Positions 9,292 to 18,201 of a stretch of DNA of 64,000 nucleotides are shown here, one piece after another. The DNA is taken from assembly GCA_046330135.1 (NCBI GenBank), contig JAXLTI010000011.1, positions 11,848 through 75,847 on the forward strand, given 5' to 3'. The translations under genes were made by a program, and so were the position numbers. The DNA comes from a bacterium (GTDB lineage Bacteria; ARS69). The first letter of the stretch is position 1; the number at the start of each line of letters is the position of its first letter. The notes under the pieces were generated by a model. That model made no database searches, was not told the DNA's origin, and saw nothing but the letters and a program-made list of their open reading frames with translations.

Positions 9292-10814
9292 TCGTCGAGC
9301 ACCTGGAACGGATCCTCGAGTGGCTCGAGGGGGAGGGTCCGCACGAGCCGGTGCGCGCCGCGGCCGCGCGCGAGACGCGCGCCGCCCTGGAGCTCGCGCG
9401 GGAGGCGCGCACGCAGGAGCGCGTGCTCCGCGAGATCCTGCACGCGCGCAACGAGGAGTTCGAAGAGAAGGTCCTCGAGCTGTCGCTCGTGAAGGAGGTC
9501 GGCGAGCGCATCGCCGCGGGCCCGGGCGAGGAGGCGCTCCTGCCGCCGATCCTGTCCGGGATCGTGCGCGAGCTGAGCGTGGACGGCGCGGAGATCCTCC
9601 TCGTGGATCCGGAGGGCGAGGGACTGCGCGTCGAGGCGCAGGCGGCGCCCGAGGGAGCTTCGCTCGGCCCGGCCGCCACGCCCGGGCTGCGCGAGAGCGA
9701 GGGAGTGGCCGCGTGGGTGGCGTCCTCGCGCGAGCCGCTCGTCGTGAACGACGTCGCGCGGGACTTCCGCTTCAAGCGCGCGGGCGGCCACTCGCCGCGC
9801 GGCTCCCTCGTGACCGTGCCGCTCGTGGCGTCGGAGCGGGTCTTCGGCGTCCTGCACGTCCACGCGCAGCGGACCGACGCGTTCGGTCCCTCGCACGTGC
9901 GGATCCTCCAGATCGTGGCGGGACAGATCGCGTCGGCGCTGGTGGGTCGGGAGTTGCATCGCAACCTCGTGGCGTTCTCGGGCCGGCTGGAGCGGGAAGT
10001 GCAAACGCGCACGGAGGAGCTGGAGCGGAAGACCGAGGACCTGCGTCGCAAGAACGAGACGATCACCGACCTCTACAGCTCGCTCGAGGAGGCGCAGCGC
10101 GAGCTGGAGGAGAGGAATCGCGAGATCGTGCGGGCGTTGACGTTCAACGACAACATCGTCGAGACGATCAACGTGGGCATCGGCGTGGTGGATCACGATG
10201 GCAAGGTCGTGACCTGGAACCGCGCCATGGAGACCATCTCCGGCGGCATCCTGCCGAAGCAGGTCGTGCTGGGGCGCCACCTCGACGACCTGCCCGAGGA
10301 GGCGCGCGAAGCGTTCGGCCTCGGCCAGGAGCTTCGCGACGCGCTGGCCTTCGGGCGCGCCGCGACGCGCACCGGGCACGTCGTGGACCTGCCGTCGGGG
10401 CTCCGCCTGCACCTGAACCTCCATCACCTGCCGGTCTCCTTCCAGCGGGACGGGCGCCACCACGTCATCACCGTGATCGAGGACGTGACGGCGAACGTGG
10501 CCCTCCATGCCCAGCAGGTGAAGGCGGAGCGGCTCGCCGCGATCACGGCCACGATGGTGAGCGTGAATCACGAGGTGAACAACCCGCTCACCGTCATCCT
10601 GGGCTACGTGCAGATGCTGCTGCAGAGGATGGAGGATCGCGAAGAAGCGGAGCGCTACCTCGTGAGACTCAAGACCGACCTCGCGCGCATCGAGGCCGAG
10701 ACCCTCCGGATCCGCGACATCACGGCGCGTCTGGCGGCGCTGGTCGAGCCCGTCGTGACGTCGTATCCGGCCTCGCCCGGCGTCGCCATGGTGGACCTGG
10801 GCCGTTCGCGCTGA
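9288..10814 (+). CDS. GAF-PAS-HisKA sensor protein with no HATPase_c domain
   Basis: GAF-like segment (LRVEAQAAPEGASLG...VPLVASERVFGVLHV). Coiled coil. PAS-like (IVETINVGIGVVDHDGKVVTWNRAMETISG). H-box HEVNNPLTVILGYVQML. The protein ends ~90 aa later without N/G1/F/G2 ATPase boxes. Confidence 0.7.
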   Translation: MIVEHLERILEWLEGEGPHEPVRAAAARETRAALELAREARTQERVLREILHARNEEFEEKVLELSLVKEVGERIAAGPGEEALLPPILSGIVRELSVDGAEILLVDPEGEGLRVEAQAAPEGASLGPAATPGLRESEGVAAWVASSREPLVVNDVARDFRFKRAGGHSPRGSLVTVPLVASERVFGVLHVHAQRTDAFGPSHVRILQIVAGQIASALVGRELHRNLVAFSGRLEREVQTRTEELERKTEDLRRKNETITDLYSSLEEAQRELEERNREIVRALTFNDNIVETINVGIGVVDHDGKVVTWNRAMETISGGILPKQVVLGRHLDDLPEEAREAFGLGQELRDALAFGRAATRTGHVVDLPSGLRLHLNLHHLPVSFQRDGRHHVITVIEDVTANVALHAQQVKAERLAAITATMVSVNHEVNNPLTVILGYVQMLLQRMEDREEAERYLVRLKTDLARIEAETLRIRDITARLAALVEPVVTSYPASPGVAMVDLGRSR

Positions 10815-10990
10815 GCGGAGGCGACGCGCGGAACCGGCGGCGGCGGCCCCGGGTTCGAGGGCGGATGAGGCGGGGGCGACGGCTCCCACGGCCGGCGGGT
10901 GGAGAGGCGCTTCCCGGCACGCAGGGCCGCATGCTAAACTGCCGCCTCGCTGGTAACCCCCCTAGCTCGCCATACCTCCAAGGAGCTTCC

Positions 10991-12367
10991 ATGCGACGGA
11001 TTCTGGGCATCGCGCTCGCCCTCGCGAGTCTCGCCACGGGCCTCGGCGCCGACGGAAAGGGAGAGGCGAAGAAGGCTTTCCTCGTCTATTCCTCCGACGA
11101 GCGTTCCGAGCTCGCCCCGTGCGGGTGACACGCGAAAGATAAGGGCGGGCTGGCCCGGCGGGCCGGCGAGATATTGGAGTACCAGAAGGTCCACCCGTGC
11201 ATGTTCACGTGCACTGCGGGCGACATCCTCGAGTACCCCAAGGCGCAAGGCGGAAGCGAGCAGGAGAAGCGCACCAACGCGGAGTACTTCCTGCGGGCGC
11301 TCGGCCTGATGAAGTACGACGCGGTCGGCCTCGGAGAGGAAGACCTGGCCTTCGGCGTGCCGTACCTGAAAGACGCGGCGCAGAAGCAGGGGATCAAGTT
11401 CGTCTGCTCGAACGCCCTGGACGACAAGACGCGCGAGCCGCTCTTCGATCCGTGGATCATCACGGAGCGGGGCGGCCTCAAAGTCGGGTTCCTGGGGGTG
11501 GTGTCGCCGGAGCGCGTCGTGATCGCGCAGGTGGAGTCCGAGCTGCTCGATCACAAGATCCACCTCGACGATCCCTCCGAGGCGGTGCGGAAGTACCTGC
11601 CGGAGCTGCGCAAGAAGACCGATCTCGTGGTGCTGCTGGCGCACACGGGCATCGAGACGGCGAAGTTCCTCGCGGACGACCTCGGCGTGGACGTCGTCGT
11701 CGTGGGGCACTATCCGGCCATCCTCCAGGAGCCGGAGAAGCACGGGAAGACGCTGCTCGTGATGGCGGGGTCGAAGTCGGATCGCTTCGGGACGCTGGAC
11801 CTCACGCTCGGAGAGACCGGCGGAATCGTGGACTCGAAGGGCGACACCGTGGCGCTCATGATCCAGGGGCCGCACGTGGAGGCCATCCAGCAGCTCTTCG
11901 ACGAGCTGGACAAGAAGACGAAGGACGCCCAGCGCGCCACGCAGCTCGCCGCGCAGCGCGCGCGGGAAGCGGAGCAGGCCCAGAAGGAGACCGCGGCCGT
12001 TCACGCCCGGGGCGGCGTCCTCGGCGCGGAGTCCTGCCGGAGCTGCCACCAGCCCGTCTACGACGCGTGGCTGCAGACGCCGCACGCCACCGCCTTCGCG
12101 ACGCTCGCGCAGGCGGACGCGTGGGACAACCCGGAGTGCATCGGGTGTCACACGACCGGCATGGCGGACAAGCACCACGTGGCGGACGTGAACATCGCGC
12201 CGGAAGTGTGGAACGTGCAGTGCGAGGAGTGCCACGGCTCCGGGTTCCAGCACGCCCGGGACGGCTCGTACATGACGAACGGTGAAGCCACGTGCCGTCG
12301 CTGCCACGACTCGGCGAACAGCCCGCAGTTCGACTACGAGCTCTACAAGAGCTACGGAGTCCACTGA
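10991..12367 (+). CDS. Secreted 5'-nucleotidase/metallophosphoesterase-like domain fused to a tetra-heme cytochrome c. The reading frame is interrupted by an in-frame TGA at 11126-11128, so it is either a recoded (Sec?) gene or a pseudogene.
   Basis: The signal peptide MRRILGIALALASLATGLGADG (10991) is in the same frame as ORF 11174..12367. A single TGA separates them (…ELAPCG*HAKDKGGLARRAGEILEY…). The calcineurin-like pattern continues across the stop (AGDIL…YDAVGLGEEDLAF). C-terminal CxxCH motifs: CRSCH, CIGCH, CEECH, CRRCH. Confidence 0.55.
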
Positions 12368-13395
12368 TCCGGCGATCGAGATCTCCCCGCCCCGAGCCCG
12401 ATGCCGGGGCGGGGAGGCTCGCCCGGCGCTTTCGCGCCGGCGCTCCCCTCGCTCTCTTCCTCGCCGTCCTGATCCTGCCCTCGGCCGCCCGCGCCTGGGG
12501 CGCCCGGACTCACGAGATCATCAACCGGCGCGCCGCGGAGGCGGTCACGGGTCCCGCCGGAGACGCGTGGCGCCCGCTCGCGCGCGCGCTCGGCGCGCAC
12601 GCCAACGACGCGGACGACCGGAAGGGCTCGATGGGTGGAGAGTCCCCGCGCCACTTCGTCGACGCCGACGCGCTGGACCGGCCGCCCTTCGATCACATCC
12701 CGCGAACGCTCGGCGCCCTGAGCCGCAAGTACGGCAAGGACGCGCCACGGAGCTTCGGAGCTGCGCCGTGGGCCGTGGACGAGTCCTATCGAATGCTCGT
12801 GCTGTCCCTGCGGCGCGGGGACTGGGGATCCGCCGGCGCGTGGGCCGCCGATCTCGGCCACTACGTCGCGGACACGCACCAGCCGTTGCACTGCACCGCG
12901 AACTACGACGGACAGCGCACGGGAAACAAGGGAGTGCATCTCCGCTTCGAGGTGGACATGATGGATCGCTTCTTCCGCGAGGAGTCGATCGAGCGGCCGG
13001 CCGCCCTGCCCGACCCGCACGGCGATCCGCTCACGATGTGCTTCGCCTGGGTGAACGACGCCTTCGCGGGCGTGGACGGCATCCTCGCCGCGGACACCCG
13101 CGCGCGCGTCGCGGATCCGTCCTTCGGCGACGTCTACTACGCCGCCCTGTGGGAGGGCACGCAGGACATCGCCACCCGACAGGTGTCCGCGTCCGTCCGG
13201 GACCTCGCGGCGCTGTACGGAGCGGCGTGGGTCGAGGCGGGAAGCCCGTCTCCGCCGCCCGAGCCGCCCTCGTTCCACGCGCTCCCGGTGGCCGCTCTCG
13301 AAGCGCCCGCCCAGGCGCCGCGCCGCCTCTCGCTGCGGGCGCTCGGCCTCGCGGCGGCCGCCCTCACTTCGATGCTCGTGGTCTCGGCCCTCTGA
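12292..13395 (+). CDS. Secreted S1/P1-family nuclease (zinc-dependent). The start codon is uncertain.
   Basis: Signal peptide ...APLALFLAVLILPSAARA precedes the mature WGARTHEII; HYVADTHQPLH; the WG-start plus H/D-rich motifs are typical of S1/P1 nucleases. The only in-frame ATG is at 12292, overlapping the upstream gene by 76 nt. No conventional start lies nearer the signal peptide. Confidence 0.65.
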   Translation: MPSLPRLGEQPAVRLRALQELRSPLIRRSRSPRPEPDAGAGRLARRFRAGAPLALFLAVLILPSAARAWGARTHEIINRRAAEAVTGPAGDAWRPLARALGAHANDADDRKGSMGGESPRHFVDADALDRPPFDHIPRTLGALSRKYGKDAPRSFGAAPWAVDESYRMLVLSLRRGDWGSAGAWAADLGHYVADTHQPLHCTANYDGQRTGNKGVHLRFEVDMMDRFFREESIERPAALPDPHGDPLTMCFAWVNDAFAGVDGILAADTRARVADPSFGDVYYAALWEGTQDIATRQVSASVRDLAALYGAAWVEAGSPSPPPEPPSFHALPVAALEAPAQAPRRLSLRALGLAAAALTSMLVVSAL

Positions 13396-13471
13396 GGTCG
13401 CCCGCGGGGCTCGCTCAAGCGCTGTTCGCGCCCTGCCGATCTTCGAGCGAACCCGCGCATGGGGCCCCCGA

Positions 13472-13840
13472 ATGGAATCCAAGCGGATCCTGGTCGTCGA
13501 CGATCAAGAGAGCATGCGCGACATGCTCGCGGATCTCCTCGACATGATGGGCCACGAGCCGCGGACGGCCTCGGGCGGGGCCGAGGCCTTGGAGCGCCTC
13601 GACGAGGAGACCATCGACCTCGTCATCACCGACCTCAACATGCCCGAGATGGACGGAATGGAGCTCACGAAGCGCATCAAGTCGCGCACGCCCGAGATGC
13701 CCGTCATCGTCATCACGGGCTACGGGACGTTCAACACCGAGCGCCAAGTGTTGGCGAGCGGCGCCGACGGCTACATTCCCAAGCCCTGCACGATCCACCG
13801 CGTCCAAGAGACAGTCAACGCTGCGCTAGGCGTGAAGTAG
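13472..13840 (+). CDS. Single-domain response regulator (CheY-like receiver)
   Basis: MESKRILVVDDQESMRDMLADLL...DLVITDLNMPEMDGMEL...PVIVITGY...KP; the conserved DD/D/T/K receiver residues are present. Confidence 0.9.
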   Translation: MESKRILVVDDQESMRDMLADLLDMMGHEPRTASGGAEALERLDEETIDLVITDLNMPEMDGMELTKRIKSRTPEMPVIVITGYGTFNTERQVLASGADGYIPKPCTIHRVQETVNAALGVK

Positions 13841-13989
13841 CCTTACGCTCAGATCGCCCGCACGCGACGGTTCCCGCCGGGCCCCCTGTCCGACCTCCGA
13901 GGATCCCCGAAGACCGTCCGGCTCGCCCCTCCGGCGCTCTCCGCGCGCCGTGGTATCCTGCCCGACTGCCGCCCGCCGGGAGCGCGCAT

Positions 13990-14736
13990 TTGTCTTGGGT
14001 CGACGAAGCGTTCGGAAGCTGGTACCCGCTCGTCTACCCGCACCGGGACGTCGCCGAGGCGGCGCGGCTGATCGAGGCGCTGGACGCCGTGCTGGCCTGG
14101 CGGGGTCGACGCGTGCTGGACGTCGGCTGCGGGGCGGGGCGCCATCTCGCGCCGCTGGAGGGGAGGGGGGCGAGGGTGGTCGGCGTGGACCTCTCGGCCA
14201 CGCTGCTCCGCGAGGCGACGCAGGCGCGCGAAGCCGCCGGCGGCGGGTGGGAGCTCGTTCGGGGCGACATGCGGGCCCTCCCGTTCCGGGACGGCTCCTT
14301 CGACGTGGCCACGAGCTTCTTCACCAGCTTCGGCTACTTCGACGAGGCCGAGGATCGACGGGCCCTCGGGGAGGCGACGCGGGTCCTCGCTCCGGGCGGA
14401 CGACACGTGCTGGACTACCTGAATCGCGAGATGGTGCTCGCGCATCCCAACCGGGTCGGCGAGCGGACCGAGAAGGGCTACGTGGTGCGGGAGGATCGCC
14501 GGGTCACGGACGGGGGGCGGCACGCCTTGAAGGAGATCGAGATCCGGGACGCAGCCGGCAAGACGGTGGCCCGCTACCAGGAGCGCGTGACGTTGTACGC
14601 GCCCGCGGAGGTTCGCGGCTTCCTCGCGCAGGCGGGACTCACGACGCTCCGTGAGTGGGGAGGATACGACGGGTCGCCCTTCGACGCCGCGCGCAGCACG
14701 CGGCACGTCCTCGTGAGCGGGAAGGAGCCGGCGTGA
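13990..14736 (+). CDS. Class I SAM-dependent methyltransferase (Methyltransf_11-like), translationally coupled to bshC. Candidate N-methyl-bacillithiol synthase (NmbA-like).
   Basis: TTG start at 13990 in frame. Motif I VLDVGCGAGRHLAPL. Acidic loop VVGVDLS. The stop TGA overlaps the bshC GTG start (GTGA at 14733-14736). Confidence 0.65.
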   Translation: MSWVDEAFGSWYPLVYPHRDVAEAARLIEALDAVLAWRGRRVLDVGCGAGRHLAPLEGRGARVVGVDLSATLLREATQAREAAGGGWELVRGDMRALPFRDGSFDVATSFFTSFGYFDEAEDRRALGEATRVLAPGGRHVLDYLNREMVLAHPNRVGERTEKGYVVREDRRVTDGGRHALKEIEIRDAAGKTVARYQERVTLYAPAEVRGFLAQAGLTTLREWGGYDGSPFDAARSTRHVLVSGKEPA

Positions 14737-16355
14737 CGGTGGCACGTCTGCGGGGAGTCGTCGCGGTCGCTCCGGAGTCCTCGGGCTTCGCGGCGGACTG
14801 GGCGTGGGCGTTGCCTCGCGCGGCGTCGTTCCTGCCGCGGCATCCCGCGCGGGAGTCTGCGTGGACCGAGCGGATCGCGGAGGTGGCGTCCTTGCCGCCC
14901 TCGCGCGCTCTGCTGGAGCGCGCTCGCGCCGACGCGTCGCGCCTGGGCGCCGACGCGCGCGCCCTGGCGTCCGCGGACGCTCTCCTCTCGGGCGACGCGC
15001 TCTGCGTCACCGCGGGCCAGCAGCCCGGCCTCTTCCTGGGTCCCTTGTTCGCCGTGTACAAGGCCTGGACGGCGATCGAGCTCGCGGCGCATCTGGAGCG
15101 CCGCACGGGCCGGCGCGTGGTGCCGCTCTTCTGGAGCGCCGCCGACGACAGCGACTTCGCCGAGATCGCCACGGCCGTGTTGCCGGAGCCGGACCTTCGC
15201 CTCATGCGCCTCTCTCTGGAAGGCGGAGAGCTGCCCGCGGGAGGGATGGTGGGGGATCTCTCCGCCGCCGGCACCGCGCGCGCGCTCGCGTCGGCGGAGG
15301 GCGCGCTCGGCGCGTGGCCGGGTTGGACGAGCCTCGCCGCACGTGCCGGCGCGGCGCTCGAGCGGGCGCGGGATCACGGCGAGATCGCGGCCGCGCTCCT
15401 CTACGGGCTGACTCGCGACACGGGCCTGCTCGTGGTGGACGGTCGCTGGGCGGAGCTTCGCCACGCGGGGGCGGCGCTCTTCGCGCGCTACGCGCAGCAG
15501 CGAGCCGCGGTGGGGGAGAGCGTGCGCGCCGCCGGCCGGCGGCTCGAAGCGGCGGGCTACCGTGCGCGCATCGTCGATGCGTCCACGGAGCAGGCGCTGT
15601 TCGACGCGCGGGACGGTCGCCGTCTTCCCTTCGAGGGCACGGAAGCGGAGCTGCTGGCGCGCATCGCCGCCGCGCCGGAGACGCTCTCGCCGAGCGTCGT
15701 GCTGCGGCCGCTCGTGCAGGACTCCGTGCTTCCGAACGTAGCCACCGTGGCGGGACCCGGCGAGGTGGCCTACCACGCGCAGCTCGCCTTTGCCTACCAG
15801 TCGCTCGGCGTGGGAGTGCCGATCCTCTTCCCGCGCTTCGAAGCCACGCTGGTGCCGGACGGCGTCTTCGATCTCGCGGAGCGGCGCGGCGTGCCTCCCG
15901 TGGATCTCGTGCGGGACTTCGACGGCGCGATGAAGGCCACCGCCGCCGCCGCCTTGCCGCGCGATCTGCGTGACGCGCTCGACGCGCTCGAGGGCGGCCT
16001 GGCCAGATCGGCGGAGGACACGCGCAGCGCCGCCGAGTCGCTGGAGGCGTCGCTCGGGGCGGCGGCCGAGGAGGCGTTCCGGCGATGTCGCGAGGCGGTC
16101 GAGCGCTTCCGCGAGCGGGCGGCGCAGGCGGTGCGGAACGCGGACACGCGCAGCGATCCGTCCATCCGCCACTACCGCGAGCTGCTTCGCCCCCGCGGCG
16201 TTCCTCAGGAGCGCGTGCTCTCGGCGCTCACCCTCGATCTCGCGGGCGCTCCCGAAGGAATGGCCGAAGCGGTTCGCCGGCACGTCGAAGGCGTGATGGA
16301 GGGGCGGCCGGCGCACTGGCTGGCGCCGCTCATCGCCGAGGAGAAGCGTCCGTGA
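14733..16355 (+). CDS. bshC: Bacillithiol biosynthesis cysteine-adding enzyme BshC
   Basis: VTAGQQPGLFLGPLFAVYKAWTAIELA...VVPLFWSAADDSDFAEI matches the BshC/YllA family signature (TGQQxGLxGGPLYxxYK…VPVFWxxxEDHD). GTG start overlaps the upstream stop. Confidence 0.8.
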   Translation: MTVARLRGVVAVAPESSGFAADWAWALPRAASFLPRHPARESAWTERIAEVASLPPSRALLERARADASRLGADARALASADALLSGDALCVTAGQQPGLFLGPLFAVYKAWTAIELAAHLERRTGRRVVPLFWSAADDSDFAEIATAVLPEPDLRLMRLSLEGGELPAGGMVGDLSAAGTARALASAEGALGAWPGWTSLAARAGAALERARDHGEIAAALLYGLTRDTGLLVVDGRWAELRHAGAALFARYAQQRAAVGESVRAAGRRLEAAGYRARIVDASTEQALFDARDGRRLPFEGTEAELLARIAAAPETLSPSVVLRPLVQDSVLPNVATVAGPGEVAYHAQLAFAYQSLGVGVPILFPRFEATLVPDGVFDLAERRGVPPVDLVRDFDGAMKATAAAALPRDLRDALDALEGGLARSAEDTRSAAESLEASLGAAAEEAFRRCREAVERFRERAAQAVRNADTRSDPSIRHYRELLRPRGVPQERVLSALTLDLAGAPEGMAEAVRRHVEGVMEGRPAHWLAPLIAEEKRP

Positions 16356-17083
16356 ACGTCGTCGCGTTCGCCGCGCACCCGGACGATGTGGAGCTGTACG
16401 CGGGCGGGCTGTGCGCGGGGCTCGCGCGGGGCGGCGCGACGCTCGTCCTCGTCGATCTCACGCGCGGCGAGCTCGGGACGCGCGGGGACGTGGCCACGCG
16501 CTCGCGCGAGGCGGAAGAGGCGGCGCGCATTCTCGGTGCGCGCCGCGAGTGCCTGGGTCTTCCGGACGGCGGGCTCGCCGCCACCGACCCCGCGCAGACG
16601 CGCGCCGTGGTGGAAGCGCTGCGGCGTCACCGGCCCGCGCTCGTGATCGCGCCGTGGGAGGACGATCCCCACCCCGATCACCGGGAGGCCTCGCATCTCG
16701 TGCGCCGCGCGCGCTTCCTCGCACGGCTGCCGCGCTACGCCGCGGCGGGCGAAGCCTTCGCCGTGGGGCCCGTGCTCTGGTACGAGCAGAAGACGTCCTT
16801 CGTCCCCGACGTGGTCGTGGACATCGGCGCCGACCTCGCCGCGAAGAGCGCCGCGATCCGCGCGTTCGCCTCCCAGTTCTTCCGCACGCCGGACGACCCC
16901 GTGCGCACGGAGGTCTCGGATCCGGCCTTCCACGAGATGCTCGAGGCGCGCGCCCGCGTGCACGGCTATCGCATCGGTGTGGAGTGGGGCGAGGGCTACA
17001 AGCGCGAAGGCCCGCACGCGGTGACCGACGCGCGGCAGCTCCTCGGGTCGGCCGCCGTGTCCGCCAAGGTGCCGCGGCCGTGA
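16352..17083 (+). CDS. bshB: N-acetyl-alpha-D-glucosaminyl L-malate deacetylase BshB (LmbE/PIG-L family)
   Basis: VNVVAFAAHPDDVELYAGG...HPDHREASHLV (PIG-L family HPDDxE and HxDH motifs). GTGA overlap with bshC. Confidence 0.8.
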   Translation: MNVVAFAAHPDDVELYAGGLCAGLARGGATLVLVDLTRGELGTRGDVATRSREAEEAARILGARRECLGLPDGGLAATDPAQTRAVVEALRRHRPALVIAPWEDDPHPDHREASHLVRRARFLARLPRYAAAGEAFAVGPVLWYEQKTSFVPDVVVDIGADLAAKSAAIRAFASQFFRTPDDPVRTEVSDPAFHEMLEARARVHGYRIGVEWGEGYKREGPHAVTDARQLLGSAAVSAKVPRP

Positions 17084-17091
17084 GGATCGGG

Positions 17092-18201
17092 ATGATCTGC
17101 TACGCGAGCTTCGGCGGCAGCGGGATCGTGGCCACCGAGCTGGGCGCGGAGCTGGCCGCGCGCGGACACGAGGTCCACTTCATCACCACGGACGTGCCCG
17201 TCCGGATGAACCGCTTCCGCGAGAACCTCTTCTTCCACCGCGTCGAGGTGGACACGTACCCGCTGTTCACGCACGCGTCGTACTCGTTGAACCTCGCGGC
17301 GAAGATCCTCGACGTGCTCCGCAACCACGGCCTCGACGTCATCCATTCGCACTACGCCGTGCCGCACGCCGTCTCCGCCTATCTCGCGAAGGAGATGTGC
17401 CCGGGCTGCCCGGTGCGCACCGTCACCACGCTCCACGGGACGGACATCACGCTCGTGGGCCTGCGGCCGTCCTTCTACGAGATCACCCGCTTCTCGATCG
17501 CGAAGAGCGATGCCGTGACCGCGGTGTCGGACTGGCTGCGGCAGAAGACCTACCAGAACTTCCCGGACGTCGGCGAGATCGACGTGGTCCGCAACTTCGT
17601 GGATGCGAATCGCTTCAAGCCCCTGCCGGCCGGACACCGCGACCGCCCGTGGGCGCGCGAGGGGGAATTCGTCCTCATGCACGCGTCGAACTTCCGGCCG
17701 GTGAAGAACATCCCCACGATCATCGACGTGTTCCAGCGGCTGCGCGCCCGCTATCCCGTGCGCCTCCTCATGGTGGGCGACGGCCCGGAGGTGCCCGCCG
17801 CGGAAGAGCGCACGCGCTCTTTGGGCCTCGAGGACGCGGTGCACTTCCTCGGCGCGCAGGAGTATCTCGAGGATCTCCTCCCGCTCGCGGACGTGTTCCT
17901 GCTCCCGAGCCAGCACGAGAGCTTCGGGCTCGCGGCGCTCGAAGCGATGAGCTGCGGGGTGGCCGTCGTGGCCACGAGCGAGGGCGGGACCCGCGAGGTC
18001 ATCCGCAACGGCGAGAACGGCTTCGTGCACGACCCGCACGACGTGGACGGCATGGCCGCCTCCATCGGCGCGCTCCTCGACGATCCGAAGCGCCTCGAGG
18101 CCATGGGCGGCGCGGCGCGGAAGACCGCGGCCGAGGAGTTCCCGGTGGGCGCCGCGGTCGAGCGCTACCTCGCGGTCTACGAGCACGCCCTCTCGCGATG
18201 A
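17092..18201 (+). CDS. bshA: N-acetyl-alpha-D-glucosaminyl L-malate synthase BshA (GT4 glycosyltransferase)
   Basis: MICYASFGGSGIVATELGAELAARGHEVHFIT...; the GT4 C-terminal EXFG motif (QHESFGLAALEAMSCGVAVVAT) is present. Located 9 nt after the bshB stop. Confidence 0.8.
   Translation: MICYASFGGSGIVATELGAELAARGHEVHFITTDVPVRMNRFRENLFFHRVEVDTYPLFTHASYSLNLAAKILDVLRNHGLDVIHSHYAVPHAVSAYLAKEMCPGCPVRTVTTLHGTDITLVGLRPSFYEITRFSIAKSDAVTAVSDWLRQKTYQNFPDVGEIDVVRNFVDANRFKPLPAGHRDRPWAREGEFVLMHASNFRPVKNIPTIIDVFQRLRARYPVRLLMVGDGPEVPAAEERTRSLGLEDAVHFLGAQEYLEDLLPLADVFLLPSQHESFGLAALEAMSCGVAVVATSEGGTREVIRNGENGFVHDPHDVDGMAASIGALLDDPKRLEAMGGAARKTAAEEFPVGAAVERYLAVYEHALSR

Noticed and set aside
5685-10814. 1709-aa + strand ORF spanning pyk, the HDOD gene and the histidine-kinase-like gene
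   Set aside because: Arg/Gly/Pro-rich low-complexity translation, typical of an out-of-frame read of 70% GC DNA. It overlaps three well-supported genes in other frames, and only its last ~500 aa (9288-10814) are a real gene.
12352-13482. 376-aa minus ORF antisense to the S1/P1 nuclease
   Set aside because: Antisense to a gene with a clear signal peptide and catalytic motifs. The composition is junk-like.
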